Shown: positions 1 through 9,018, numbered from the stretch's first letter. The stretch is DNA of 64,000 bases from an uncultured Actinomycetota bacterium (GCA_963769255.1 CAVYKV010000003.1:610309-674308), one strand, 5' to 3'. A program made the numbers and translations. Notes: generated by a model not told the origin, from the letters alone.

Positions 1-1
1 C

Positions 2-421
2 GAGCGGCACAACGAGCACCTCAACGACAAGTACGCCCGCATGGCGGCCGAGGAGCAGCGATCCGACCTCCACCGTTGCGAGGACGCCGAGGTGCTCCTC
101 GTCGCCTGCAACACGCCGGCGCAGCTCGCCAAGGGCGCCGTAAAAGACCTCCGGGACCGCGGCCACCGCGTGGGGCTGTTCCGGCCCGTCACGGTGTGGC
201 CGTTCCCGATCGACGCCCTCCTGCCCGTCCTCGAACGCGTGCGGCATGTCGTGGTGGTGGAGGCGAGCAGCGGGCAGCTCGAAGACGAGATGCGGCTCGC
301 TCTCAGTCTCGCCGGCGTGCACGCTGTGGCGCCGATGAGCCACGTCCGTCGGATGGGCGGAATCCTCCCTTCGCAGGACGAGATCGTGGACCACGTGCTC
401 AGTCTGGAGGAGGTCTCCTGA
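2..421 (+). CDS. 2-oxoacid:ferredoxin oxidoreductase alpha subunit, C-terminal part (5' end outside window)
   Basis: The frame is open from the window edge. The translation ...VLLVACNTPAQLAKGAVKDLRDRGHRVGLFRPVTVWPFP... resembles the C-terminal domain of KorA/PorA-type alpha subunits. The stop TGA at 419-421 overlaps the next ATG (ATGA coupling). Confidence 0.8.
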   Translation, partial: ERHNEHLNDKYARMAAEEQRSDLHRCEDAEVLLVACNTPAQLAKGAVKDLRDRGHRVGLFRPVTVWPFPIDALLPVLERVRHVVVVEASSGQLEDEMRLALSLAGVHAVAPMSHVRRMGGILPSQDEIVDHVLSLEEVS

Positions 422-1854
422 TGCCGACCTCGGTGTTCTACCGACAGTTCGAGCGCCACGCCCAGGCCGCCGGCGTGAACGCCCACACGACGACCTACTG
501 CCCGGGCTGCGGGCACGGCGTCATCCAGAAGTTCCTGGCTGAGGCCATCGACGAGCTGGGGGTGCAGGACCGCACGGTCCTCGTCTCACCCGTCGGGTGC
601 TCCGTCTTCTCCTACTACTACTTCGACGTGGGCAACACGCAGGCTGCGCACGGACGCGCTCCCGCCGTCGCCATCGGTCACAAGACGGCCAACCCGGACT
701 CGATCGTCGTCGCCTATCAGGGCGATGGTGACCTCGCCTCCATCGGCCTTGCGGAGATCGTGAGCACCGCCCAGCTCGGTATCCCGATCACGGTCGTCTT
801 CGTGAACAACGCCATATACGGGATGACGGGCGGCCAGATGGCGCCCACGAGCTTGATGGGACAGAAGACGAGCACGACGCCGGCAGGGCGGAGCCTCCTC
901 GCCGGTCAGCCGCTCAAGATGGCCGAGCTGATCGCGTGCCTGGACGGCCCGGTCTTCGTCGAGCGCGTCGCCCTCTATGACAACAAGCGGCGCACGCACG
1001 CCCGGCGGTCCATCCGCAAGGCGCTCGAGTTGCAGGTGAAGGGGGCAGGTTTTGCCTTCGTCGAGGTGCTCTCCGAGTGTCCTCTCTACCTCGGCCTCGA
1101 GCCCGAGGAGGCCGAGCGCTGGGTACGGGAGAACATGGAGCCGGTGTTCCCGCTCGGCGTCAAGAAGGACATCTCCGATGCGGCCTTCTTCCCGCCCATC
1201 CCGACACCGACGTTCGACCCCGAGGTGACCCTCGAGGCCGTCGACGCCACGACGGACCGTCCGCCTTGCTTCGCTGCCGGGTACCCGAGCCATCTCGACC
1301 CGCAGGACGTGAGCTTCAAGCTCGCCGGCGCCGGCGGTGACGGCGCCCAGACGGCCGCCATGATCCTCACGCGTGCGGCCATCGGTGAGGGTTTCGACGC
1401 TACTCACATCCCGAGCTACGGCCCCGAGTCCCGGGGTGGTACGTCCTACGCAGACGTGCACGTGGCTTTGAAGGAGGTGCTCTCGCCGGCGGCATCGCAC
1501 CCGCACGTCCTGGTCGCCTTCAACGCACCGAGCCTCGTCAAGTTCGGGCCGTCGGTCCGTGAGGGAGGCCTCGTGCTCTACGACAGCTCGGTCGTGACCG
1601 CCGTGCCCGCCGGGCTCGCCCCCGGGGTGAAGCTCGTCGGTCTCCCGTTCGCCGCCACGGCCCAAGATCTCGGCGCCCCCGTCGTCAAGAACGTCGTGGC
1701 TCTCGGTGCCCTGCAGGCCCTCACGAGGGTCTTCCCGCCCGAGACGTTCCTGACGGCCCTGCGGAGCGCCCTCGCCAAACGGTGCGCTCTCATCCCCCTC
1801 AACGAGCAGGCTTTCGAGTGTGGCGCCCGGCTCGTGCAGGCGCCGGCGACCTGA
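421..1854 (+). CDS. 2-oxoacid:ferredoxin oxidoreductase beta subunit (TPP-binding) fused to a gamma-like domain
   Basis: The N-terminal half has TYCPGCGHG and GDGD...NNAIYGMTGGQ (TPP/Fe-S beta subunit motifs). The C-terminal ~190 aa (FKLAGAGGDGAQTAAMILTRAAI...SYGPESRGGTSYADVHV) is gamma-subunit-like. It is a single uninterrupted frame. Confidence 0.85.
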   Translation: MPTSVFYRQFERHAQAAGVNAHTTTYCPGCGHGVIQKFLAEAIDELGVQDRTVLVSPVGCSVFSYYYFDVGNTQAAHGRAPAVAIGHKTANPDSIVVAYQGDGDLASIGLAEIVSTAQLGIPITVVFVNNAIYGMTGGQMAPTSLMGQKTSTTPAGRSLLAGQPLKMAELIACLDGPVFVERVALYDNKRRTHARRSIRKALELQVKGAGFAFVEVLSECPLYLGLEPEEAERWVRENMEPVFPLGVKKDISDAAFFPPIPTPTFDPEVTLEAVDATTDRPPCFAAGYPSHLDPQDVSFKLAGAGGDGAQTAAMILTRAAIGEGFDATHIPSYGPESRGGTSYADVHVALKEVLSPAASHPHVLVAFNAPSLVKFGPSVREGGLVLYDSSVVTAVPAGLAPGVKLVGLPFAATAQDLGAPVVKNVVALGALQALTRVFPPETFLTALRSALAKRCALIPLNEQAFECGARLVQAPAT

Positions 1855-1876
1855 GGTCGGGCTGCGCTCGTCGCCA

Positions 1877-1936
1877 CGTACTGAGAGACGCGCACGACCG
1901 TGGGGCGGGGTTCGGTCGCCTTTGCAGCGCGGCAGA
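1877..1936 (+). repeat. Intergenic repeat element, copy A (CGTACTGAGAGACGCGC... family)
   Basis: Shares the CGTACTGAGAGACGCGC head and a GC-rich tail with copies at 1982, 3745 and 26519. It lies directly after the korB-like stop codon. Confidence 0.6.
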
Positions 1937-1981
1937 CCCAGACGGGCTGCCGTCGTTCCAGCGTCGCGGCGAGCCGTCGGG

Positions 1982-2043
1982 CGTACTGAGAGACGCGCGC
2001 AACCGTAGCGGCGGGTTTTCGAACGCCTTCGCAGCTCGGTAGG
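1982..2043 (+). repeat. Intergenic repeat element, copy B
   Basis: Tandem to copy A about 105 nt away. The core CGGCGGGTTTTCGAACGCCTTCGCAGCTCGGTAG matches copy C at 32 of 34 positions. Confidence 0.65.
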
Positions 2044-2104
2044 GCCTGATGGCACGCCCGCTTCGGTGCCGTCCCGCTCGACTCGTCGCTGCTACCCTCC
2101 GCCG

Positions 2105-2767
2105 ATGGCGCAACCTCGCTTGTCGTTCGGCGGCCAGGTCAAGGTGTCGGTCACGGAAGCCGTCGCCCTGGCAACCGGGTTCTCCAAGCTGGTGCTGGAG
2201 CGGTATGACTTCGGACCGTCCGCGAGCAGCAACCGGGTGACGAGCATCGAAGTCGGGTGCTTGGTCACCTCGCAGATGGAGACCCTCGACAGGAAGGACG
2301 CCGAGGCCCTCGTCAGCTGTTCTGCCAGCGCGCCGTGGGAGAGCGTTCCGGTCGATGCACGCTTGGAGGACGCTGCTCTTGACACGGACCTCTACGAAGC
2401 TGCGTGCCGTCTCTACGATCATTTTCGGGTCCCCGGCATCACCCACGCAAAGGTCTCGAGGCTCTTGCATCTCAAGAGAAGGGCGCTGGTGCCCCCACTC
2501 GACTCGATCGTGCGGGAGGTGTACGGACCATCGGCGAGAGAGGTCGCCTCGAGGTCGCCAGAGCGCGGGAGCAAGAAGTTGTACTGGCAGGCGATGCGAC
2601 AGGACCTCGGCGCTGCGGAGGACATCGAAGCGATGGCCGAACTGCGTCGCCTCCTTCTGCAACTCAGAGACGAAGAGGACAGACGCCTGGCATCGCTCTC
2701 CACTCTTCGCTTGAGGGACATCGTGTTGCGCGAGCACCAGGTGAAGGAGGGGTTGCGACGTCCGTGA
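2105..2767 (+). CDS. Hypothetical protein, DUF6308-like
   Basis: The ORF is 2066..2767 and the start is ambiguous (ATG at 2105 preferred). The motifs PGITHAKVSRLLHLKRRALVPPLDSIV and the C-terminal LRLRDIVL resemble my recollection of the DUF6308 family. GC is lower than the flanks. Confidence 0.55.
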   Translation: MAQPRLSFGGQVKVSVTEAVALATGFSKLVLERYDFGPSASSNRVTSIEVGCLVTSQMETLDRKDAEALVSCSASAPWESVPVDARLEDAALDTDLYEAACRLYDHFRVPGITHAKVSRLLHLKRRALVPPLDSIVREVYGPSAREVASRSPERGSKKLYWQAMRQDLGAAEDIEAMAELRRLLLQLRDEEDRRLASLSTLRLRDIVLREHQVKEGLRRP

Positions 2768-2889
2768 CCGGCGAGACCCGGTGACGTGGATCGCTCCGGC
2801 TTTGCGGGATGGGGAGTCTTCGCAGCCGGCGTCTGGAGAAGTGAGTCGAGCTACCCTCGGACCGGTCGCGAAGCAGATGGAGGGCCGCC

Positions 2890-3432
2890 ATGTCCGAGAA
2901 GCGCTGGACCCTGCTCATCGTGGTCGGTGTTCTCGTTGCGGTCGGGATCGTGGGTGTTGTCACGTTTGGAAAGAAGTCTGCTGCTCCCACGACCACTACG
3001 ACGACTCGTGCTGCCACCTCTACGGTCCGAGCGACAATCGCCGGAGACCCGCTCGTCGCCAAGGTCATCAATGTCGTCGCAAAGCCAGCGAACACCAGCG
3101 CCGTCGTCGTGCATGTCTGGAACACCTCGAAGAACGCCGTGGGCACTGACTGTGGTGTCTGGCAGTTCATCCCCGGGACCCGGACATTGGTCGGTGGAGA
3201 CACCTGGGCTTTCACGACTCCCGTGTCGCCAGATGTCAACTCGAGTGGACCGACCGAGAAGGTGCAAGGGCGTTTCGTGCCGAAGAACGGATATTCGGCT
3301 TCCACGACCGTGCTCGACGGGTTGAGTCAGGGCGCCGACCGCACCGTCGGCTCCGCCATCGTGCAGTGCCGACCAGCCTCCAACGGTTCGTACGACCCAG
3401 GCCACGCACCGACGACCGGGCCGGGAACATAG
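2890..3432 (+). CDS. Membrane-anchored hypothetical protein (N-terminal TM helix, Thr-rich linker)
   Basis: WTLLIVVGVLVAVGIVGVVTF forms a TM segment and is followed by PTTTTTTRAATST. Third-position GC bias is coding-like. I recognise no family. Confidence 0.6.
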   Translation: MSEKRWTLLIVVGVLVAVGIVGVVTFGKKSAAPTTTTTTRAATSTVRATIAGDPLVAKVINVVAKPANTSAVVVHVWNTSKNAVGTDCGVWQFIPGTRTLVGGDTWAFTTPVSPDVNSSGPTEKVQGRFVPKNGYSASTTVLDGLSQGADRTVGSAIVQCRPASNGSYDPGHAPTTGPGT

Positions 3433-3458
3433 AGAACCTACGGTACTCGTGAGAATCG

Positions 3459-3806
3459 ATGTCGATCGCCACCACTAGGGCCAAAGCCGACCGGCATCGA
3501 GGTTCGCACGACCCCTGCAACACGACGGCGATCGCCGACCTGCACCAGTACATCCCCGAATGGGAAGAATCGATGCACAGTCCGTGGCTCGGGGTATGGC
3601 GTGACGGCAAGCCGTGGTTCACGATGGCCGGACATTCGGCGAAGTCCTGGCTCTGTGATCGATACGGGATCACGGTCGGTTGGCGAAGCTCCCGCCGCGC
3701 TTGGTCGTACGGACGTCGTGAGGAGCGAGTCCGAGTGTGGTGGCCTGAGCTGAGCTGCGGAGGCGCTCGTACCGGCGGGTTTTCGAGCGCTTTCGCAGCT
3801 CGGTAG
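3459..3806 (+). CDS. Small Trp-rich hypothetical protein (uncertain)
   Basis: 115-aa ORF with moderate coding bias. Its 3' end runs into repeat copy C, so the C-terminus is doubtful. Confidence 0.3.
   Translation: MSIATTRAKADRHRGSHDPCNTTAIADLHQYIPEWEESMHSPWLGVWRDGKPWFTMAGHSAKSWLCDRYGITVGWRSSRRAWSYGRREERVRVWWPELSCGGARTGGFSSAFAAR
3745..3806 (+). repeat. Intergenic repeat element, copy C
   Basis: The core CGGCGGGTTTTCGAGCGCTTTCGCAGCTCGGTAG (3773-3806) is in the same orientation as copy B. Confidence 0.6.
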
Positions 3807-3824
3807 CCCAACAACGACCGCCTC

Positions 3825-4604
3825 TCAGCGGTAGGAGGCCTCCGGCGCCCGGCGCAACGTCCTGAACTGCTCGCCGTCGTGACCGTAAATCAACAAGGCG
3901 CCCTCCTCCTCCGCCAGGCGCCGCAGGGCCAGAGCGCTCGCCCGCGCCACCGACGGCTCGGCCTGCCCGTCCCAGGCGTCGTGGGTGTAGTTGTCCCCGC
4001 AATAGACGGCATCGCCGCACAGCACGACCGTGCCGGACTCCGGGAGGCGGAGGACGACCGACTGATGTCCGACGCAGTGTCCCGGCGTCGGCAGCACCTC
4101 GATCCCGTCGAAGAGCCGGGCGGCGCCGTCGACGAGGTCGTAGCTGAGGCCCGGGAGGTTCCAGTACTGGTTCGGGAAGCTGGGGTTGCCCTCGGCGTGC
4201 TCGTACTGATCGCGCTGTACGAAGAAGGTGGCCGCACCGAGGAGGTCGTTGTTGCCGGCGTGGTCGAAGTGCAGGTGGGTGTTGATCACGAAGTCGATGT
4301 CCTGCGGGGCCACCTCGAGCTGGGCGAGCCGGACGAGGAGGTTGTCCTCCGGGCGCATGACGGGCAGGAGGGCGGAAGCGGTCGGCGTTCCCCGCCACGT
4401 CAGCTCGGGGTCGTCGACGTGCAGGCGGCTCATGCCCGTGTCGACGAGTACGAGCCGGTCGTCGTCCATCCTGACAAGAAACCCGTTCACCGGCAGATGC
4501 ACCCGGTGACCATCGCGAACGCCGGGCGCGACGACGTCGTAGTCGCAGCAGCAGTCACCGAGCGGCAGGACGAACAGCTCCACCGGAACCCCCTCGACCT
4601 GCAA
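3825..4604 (-). CDS. MBL-fold metallo-hydrolase, N-acyl homoserine lactonase-like
   Basis: Carries the HLHFDHAG (HxHxDH) motif, TPGHCVGHQS, and an AiiA-like N-terminus ELFVLPLGDCCCDYDVV. The start is uncertain (TTG at 4604 or GTG at 4583). The longer 376-aa ORF upstream is low-complexity and overlaps the previous gene. Confidence 0.8.
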   Translation of the reverse strand: MQVEGVPVELFVLPLGDCCCDYDVVAPGVRDGHRVHLPVNGFLVRMDDDRLVLVDTGMSRLHVDDPELTWRGTPTASALLPVMRPEDNLLVRLAQLEVAPQDIDFVINTHLHFDHAGNNDLLGAATFFVQRDQYEHAEGNPSFPNQYWNLPGLSYDLVDGAARLFDGIEVLPTPGHCVGHQSVVLRLPESGTVVLCGDAVYCGDNYTHDAWDGQAEPSVARASALALRRLAEEEGALLIYGHDGEQFRTLRRAPEASYR

Positions 4605-4635
4605 GTTAGCGCCGTCTTGGACGGCGTGGCGAACC

Positions 4636-5742
4636 TCAGCGTGTGATCTTGAGGTTGCCCGCCGTGTCGGCGATCGTGTTGAGCACGATCTCCACCCACG
4701 TGCGGCCCGGAGCGAGCGTGACGGGCTGGCCGGCGGTGTCGGTGAAGGTCGTGGGGGAGCCGAGCGTCGGGCGGTGCCAGGTGACGGCGATGGAGCGCCC
4801 GTCCCGGAGGATGTAGCCACGTCCGCTGCCGACCGTCTGGCTCTGGACGTCCCCCGTCGAGCCCGGGCTCTCGGGATAGGGACCGTAGGTGTAGTGGACG
4901 ATCTGCACGAAGATGTTCGTCGTGGTCGCTGGCTTGCCTGTGAGGGTATCGACATCGGTCACACCGGAGTAGGTGTGCAGCCAGCTCCCGCTCGGGGCGT
5001 CCCACTTCCAGACGACGTCGGTGCCAAACGAGAAGTTGATGGCGAGCGAGGAGGCGGGGGTGGCGGCGGCCGGGAGGGGCCCTCCGTAGGAGAAGACGGG
5101 CGGAGGTGGTGTGCGGTCCGACGGATAGAGGTGCCAGAGGGCGGCGGTGCTCGTGTAGAGGTTGTCCGGCGGCACGCGAGTCGTGATGCGGACGCCGGCG
5201 GAGGCGGCCGTCGTGAGCAGGTCTGCGGGTTTGAGCCAGCCGAGGCCCTGCACGGTGTCGACGTCGGGGTTGATCCCTCCCGCGAAGGCAATGATGGGTT
5301 GGCCGAAGGCTTGCAGGATGTGCCAGTCCACCCAGCGCACAGATCGGGTGGGCCCGATGCTGGATGCCCCGTGGCACTGGAAGACGGCGATGTACCGCAT
5401 GATGAAGCCCTCGGCCGGCGTGTCGTAGACGATGTCGGCTTCGTTGAGTCCACTCTGCGGCCGGGCGCCTTCGGGCTCGTTGCCGACCTTGACGGCGACG
5501 GCCGGTCGCTCGGGAACCTTCCCGCCAGGAGCGAGTTCGTCGGTGAGGGGGCACCGGGACGGCGCGGTGGGACGGCTCGTGGTCGTCGTCCCAGACGAGG
5601 AGTGGTGGGGCGAGCCCGAGCTGGACACGAGGGCAAAGATGCCACCGCCGACGACGAGGAGGACGACGACGGCGGCGACGATTCGGCGGCGCTGGATCGT
5701 GCGTCGGCTCGCGTGGGGTCGACGGGAGGGGGGCGGTGGCAC
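4636..5742 (-). CDS. DUF3048 domain-containing secreted/membrane-anchored protein
   Basis: GLNEADIVYDTPAEGFIMRYIAVFQ is typical of DUF3048. An N-terminal RRRIVAAVVVLLVVGGGIFALV anchor is present. GTG at 5742 is chosen as the start, because the maximal ORF to 5910 overlaps the divergent GNAT gene. Confidence 0.8.
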   Translation of the reverse strand: MPPPPSRRPHASRRTIQRRRIVAAVVVLLVVGGGIFALVSSSGSPHHSSSGTTTTSRPTAPSRCPLTDELAPGGKVPERPAVAVKVGNEPEGARPQSGLNEADIVYDTPAEGFIMRYIAVFQCHGASSIGPTRSVRWVDWHILQAFGQPIIAFAGGINPDVDTVQGLGWLKPADLLTTAASAGVRITTRVPPDNLYTSTAALWHLYPSDRTPPPPVFSYGGPLPAAATPASSLAINFSFGTDVVWKWDAPSGSWLHTYSGVTDVDTLTGKPATTTNIFVQIVHYTYGPYPESPGSTGDVQSQTVGSGRGYILRDGRSIAVTWHRPTLGSPTTFTDTAGQPVTLAPGRTWVEIVLNTIADTAGNLKITR

Positions 5743-5847
5743 GGTCGGCCAAGTTAGCGAGCTTGCCGGCCGAAGTGGGGCACCCCGAGGCCACACCGGG
5801 TCACACCAGGGCTTGATCCCAGCGCAATTCGCGGGTAGCAACGTCAC

Positions 5848-6477
5848 ATGCTGCGTGGACGCCGAATAGGCCTCAGGGCACCGATCGAGGCCGACGTGCC
5901 GATCCTGCACACCGAGCTGTACGACGACGTCGTCACCCGGTCACGGTCGGACGGCCGCCCGTGGCGGCCCGTTTCTCAGGAGGCACCGGACGCCCCCTAC
6001 CGGATGCGGGAAGTCCCCGAGAACGTGGCCTTCTTCTCCATCGTCGAGCTCGTCGAATCGGAGCCCCTCGCCGGCGACGCCGTCCTGTGGGGAATCGACC
6101 TGCACCAGCGCAGCGCCCACATCGGCATCGGCCTGAGGCCTTCCTTCCGCGGGCGCGGACTCGCCTCCGACGTGGTGCGGACCCTTTGCCAGTACGCCTT
6201 CGCCACGCGGGGACTGCACCGCCTCGCCATCGAGACGCTCGCCGACAACGCCCCCATGATCGCCGTGGCGGGCAGGACGGGCTTCGTGCCGGAGGGACGG
6301 CTGCGAAAGGCAGCCTGGGTGAACGGCGAGTACCTCGACGAGGTCCTCTTCGGCTTGCTCGACTCGGAGTGGCGCCAGCAGCTCGACGACGGTCCGGCCG
6401 AGGCCGTAGCGGATGCCGAGCGCATCGACGAAGCCGGCATGGAGTCGTTCCCGGCGAGCGACCCGCCGGCGTTCTGA
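5848..6477 (+). CDS. GNAT family N-acetyltransferase (RimJ/RimL-like)
   Basis: HIGIGLRPSFRGRGLASDVVRTLCQYAFATRGLHRLAIETLADNAPMIAVAGRTGFVPEGRLR matches the acetyl-CoA binding core. Confidence 0.85.
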   Translation: MLRGRRIGLRAPIEADVPILHTELYDDVVTRSRSDGRPWRPVSQEAPDAPYRMREVPENVAFFSIVELVESEPLAGDAVLWGIDLHQRSAHIGIGLRPSFRGRGLASDVVRTLCQYAFATRGLHRLAIETLADNAPMIAVAGRTGFVPEGRLRKAAWVNGEYLDEVLFGLLDSEWRQQLDDGPAEAVADAERIDEAGMESFPASDPPAF

Positions 6478-6491
6478 CCCTTCGGCCGGGC

Positions 6492-6514
6492 CCGGCCAGG
6501 CCCGACCTGGCCGG
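6492..6514 (+). terminator. GC-rich hairpin after the GNAT gene (no U-tract)
   Basis: CCGGCCAGG-cccga-CCTGGCCGG forms a 9-bp perfect stem 15 nt after the stop codon. No T-run follows it. Confidence 0.35.
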
Positions 6515-6531
6515 CAGGTCAGATTGACCTG
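6515..6531. promoter_or_regulatory. Perfect palindrome CAGGTCA-gat-TGACCTG upstream of the lipoprotein gene
   Basis: 7-bp inverted arms with a 3-nt spacer, about 105 nt upstream of ATG 6638. Confidence 0.3.
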
Positions 6532-6637
6532 ACTGCAAGGGCAGCCGATTGCCAACCCGGCGGGCATCGTCGGAGCGCCCTGGCGGGCGGACACTTCCTT
6601 CGGACCGAGCGAGCGGTCCCGGAGAAAGGAGAGCCCG

Positions 6638-7225
6638 ATGGCAAGGCGGTCGATGCTCGAACGAGTCCGGTGGCCCGCCAGGACGGCGGCCGGAGCGGCG
6701 GTGGCGAGCGCCCTCCTCACCGTCGCACTGTCGGCCTGCGGTGCGGCACCGGGATCCCCCGTCGGCCCCACGACGCCTACGCTGGCTCCGGCGCCGGTGC
6801 ATGCTCACTCGACGAGCGGCGGCACCACCGGCCATGGCGGCGCTGGGGGCGCAGGCGGCCACGTCGCCACGCCGACGGCGGAGGCGCTGCCGGGAGCCTG
6901 GCTCGGGCCGTTCCCGGGCGCCTCGAGTGCCTGCAACCCGGTGGAGCATCCCGAGTCGGCGGAGATCTTCCTCTACGCGACCGGCAGCTTCACCATGAGC
7001 TTCACGCCCGACCCGAGCACCTACTGCGCAGGCGGGACGTTCTACGGGCACTACGAGGTGCAAGGAGACGTCATCGCCTTCCAGGAACAGGGCGCTGCCG
7101 ACTGCGCCTCCTGCGCTCAGAACCTCGCCTGGCAGAACACCTTTTCGTTTCCGGAGCCCGACGCCTTGCAGCTGTGCGACTCGCCGGGAGCGTGCTGGGT
7201 CTACTACCGGCAGGCGAACGCCTGA
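6638..7225 (+). CDS. Putative lipoprotein
   Basis: Signal peptide with lipobox LTVALSAC and a Gly/Thr-rich linker. The RBS GAAAGGAGAG lies upstream of the ATG. Confidence 0.75.
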   Translation: MARRSMLERVRWPARTAAGAAVASALLTVALSACGAAPGSPVGPTTPTLAPAPVHAHSTSGGTTGHGGAGGAGGHVATPTAEALPGAWLGPFPGASSACNPVEHPESAEIFLYATGSFTMSFTPDPSTYCAGGTFYGHYEVQGDVIAFQEQGAADCASCAQNLAWQNTFSFPEPDALQLCDSPGACWVYYRQANA

Positions 7226-7337
7226 GTCGGCCGGCTGCACACATCGGCCCAGTGCGCGGCGGCGGGCCGGAGCTACGATGCGGCCGAGACGGCCTTTCGC
7301 GATGCGGTCTGTCGCGCGACCAGGACGAAGGAGACCA

Positions 7338-8153
7338 TTGCCCGAGCTCGAGGCCAACGGCGCCACCATCTACTACGAACAGAGCGGCAGCGGACCGGAC
7401 CTCGTGTGGGTCCCGGGCGGCGACCAGCCCGGCAGCGACTGGCACCGGTACCAGGTGCCTCACTTCGACGATCGTTTCCGGAGCCTCACCTACGATCCGC
7501 GGGGGGTCGGCCGCACGACGGCACCACCGGAGGCGGAGTGGACGATCGCCGCCCACGCTGCCGACTGTGCCGCCCTCATCGAGGGCGCCTGCCAGGCGCC
7601 CGTCATCGTCATCGGCCTCTCGATGGGCTCGCTCGTCGTGCAGGAGGTCTGCCTCAGCTCTCCGCACCTCGTGCGATGCGGCATCGCCATGGGTACGGCG
7701 CCGGCCGCCCCCGGCTTCGCGGGGGAGTGGATGAGGGCGGAGGTCGAGTTCCGCCGCGCCGGGGGCACCCTGCCGGAGGACTTCGCCGTTACGCACTACG
7801 GGGCCTTCATGTTCCCGAGCGAGGTGCTCGGCGACCCCGAGCTGTGGGCGAAGTGCCGCCCCGTCGTGGCCGGCGCCTACGGGCAGCGGACGGGCCCCGA
7901 CCTCGCCGCCCAGTGGGAGGGCTGCATCACCTTCGACTCGGTCGACCGCCTGCCCCACTGCCAGGTGCCGCTCCACGTCATCGGCTTCTCGCAGGACATG
8001 CAGGCACCGCCCCGCCTCGGCCGCCAGGTGGCGGAGCTGGCGCCCCAGGGCGAGTTCCACCTCCTCGAGGGCCTCGGGCACTGCTCGGCCTTCGGCCACC
8101 GTCCCGACGAGGTGAATGCCTGTATCGACGACATCCTGGCGGGCTTCGCCTGA
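7338..8153 (+). CDS. Alpha/beta hydrolase
   Basis: GLSMGS nucleophile elbow and a C-terminal EGLGHC(S) His region. TTG at 7338 is preceded by AGGAG. The maximal ORF starts at 7278. Confidence 0.85.
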   Translation: MPELEANGATIYYEQSGSGPDLVWVPGGDQPGSDWHRYQVPHFDDRFRSLTYDPRGVGRTTAPPEAEWTIAAHAADCAALIEGACQAPVIVIGLSMGSLVVQEVCLSSPHLVRCGIAMGTAPAAPGFAGEWMRAEVEFRRAGGTLPEDFAVTHYGAFMFPSEVLGDPELWAKCRPVVAGAYGQRTGPDLAAQWEGCITFDSVDRLPHCQVPLHVIGFSQDMQAPPRLGRQVAELAPQGEFHLLEGLGHCSAFGHRPDEVNACIDDILAGFA

Positions 8154-8166
8154 GAGAGGGGTCAGT

Positions 8167-9018
8167 GTGGGGAATCTCGACGGCAAGGTCGCCCTCGTCA
8201 CGGGGGGTGCCCGTGGCTTCGGTCGGGCCATCGCCAAGGCGCTGGCGGCCGACGGCGCCGACATCGCCATCGCCGACATCGCCGGCGAGCTCGACTCCGA
8301 GCGGATCCGGGGGCTCTCGACGCCGGACGACCTGGAACGAACGAAGCAGGAGATCGAAGCGCTCGGGCGCCGCTGCGTCGCCATCCGGGCGAACGTCGTC
8401 GTGGCGGGGGACTGCGAAGCGATGGCGGCCACCACCATCGACCGGCTCGGCCACATCGACATCCTCTGCGCCAACGCCGGCGTCTTCTCCTTCGGGCTCA
8501 GCTGGGAGCTGAACGAGGACGATTGGGACTCCGTCCTCGGCGTCAACCTGAAAGGTGTCTGGCTCAGCACGAAGTACGTCGTGCCCCACATGATCGAGCG
8601 GCGCTACGGGAAGATCGTCGTGACGTCCTCGCGCGACGGCCTGCGGGCCGAGCCCAACTACGCCCATTACTGCGCCTCGAAGTTCGGGGCGATCGGCTTT
8701 GTGAAGTCCCTCGCCATCGAGGTCGGCCAGTACGGGATCAACGTCAACGCCGTCTGCCCGACGCAGATGGCGGACAAGTCCCTGCCACCGAGGCAAGGCA
8801 CGCACCCCTACTGGTCCATGGTGACCGGCACGGAGTCGCCGACCTACGAGGAGTTCGACGAGGCCTCCGGGCGGGAGAACCTCTTCGAGGCGGGAGGGCA
8901 GCCGGACTTCTCCCTCGTGGCCGAGGGCGTACGGTGGCTCGTCTCGGACGAGGCCCGGCTCGTGACGGGTCTCGCCCTCCCGATGGACGCCGGCTGGATC
9001 GCCAAGCGGGGTGGCTGA
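8167..9018 (+). CDS. SDR family oxidoreductase (carveol-dehydrogenase-like subtype)
   Basis: VALVTGGARGFG Rossmann motif, NYAHYCASK (YxxxK), and an insertion IAGELDSERIRGLSTPDDLERT after beta2. The start is GTG at 8167. Confidence 0.85.
   Translation: MGNLDGKVALVTGGARGFGRAIAKALAADGADIAIADIAGELDSERIRGLSTPDDLERTKQEIEALGRRCVAIRANVVVAGDCEAMAATTIDRLGHIDILCANAGVFSFGLSWELNEDDWDSVLGVNLKGVWLSTKYVVPHMIERRYGKIVVTSSRDGLRAEPNYAHYCASKFGAIGFVKSLAIEVGQYGINVNAVCPTQMADKSLPPRQGTHPYWSMVTGTESPTYEEFDEASGRENLFEAGGQPDFSLVAEGVRWLVSDEARLVTGLALPMDAGWIAKRGG

Noticed and set aside
586-2055. 489-aa minus-strand ORF, plus similar ORFs at 5933-7369, 7071-8591, 8744-10114, 12421-13995 and 47138-48700.
   Set aside because: All run antisense to motif-bearing genes and are compositionally biased. 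I treat them as high-GC shadow ORFs.
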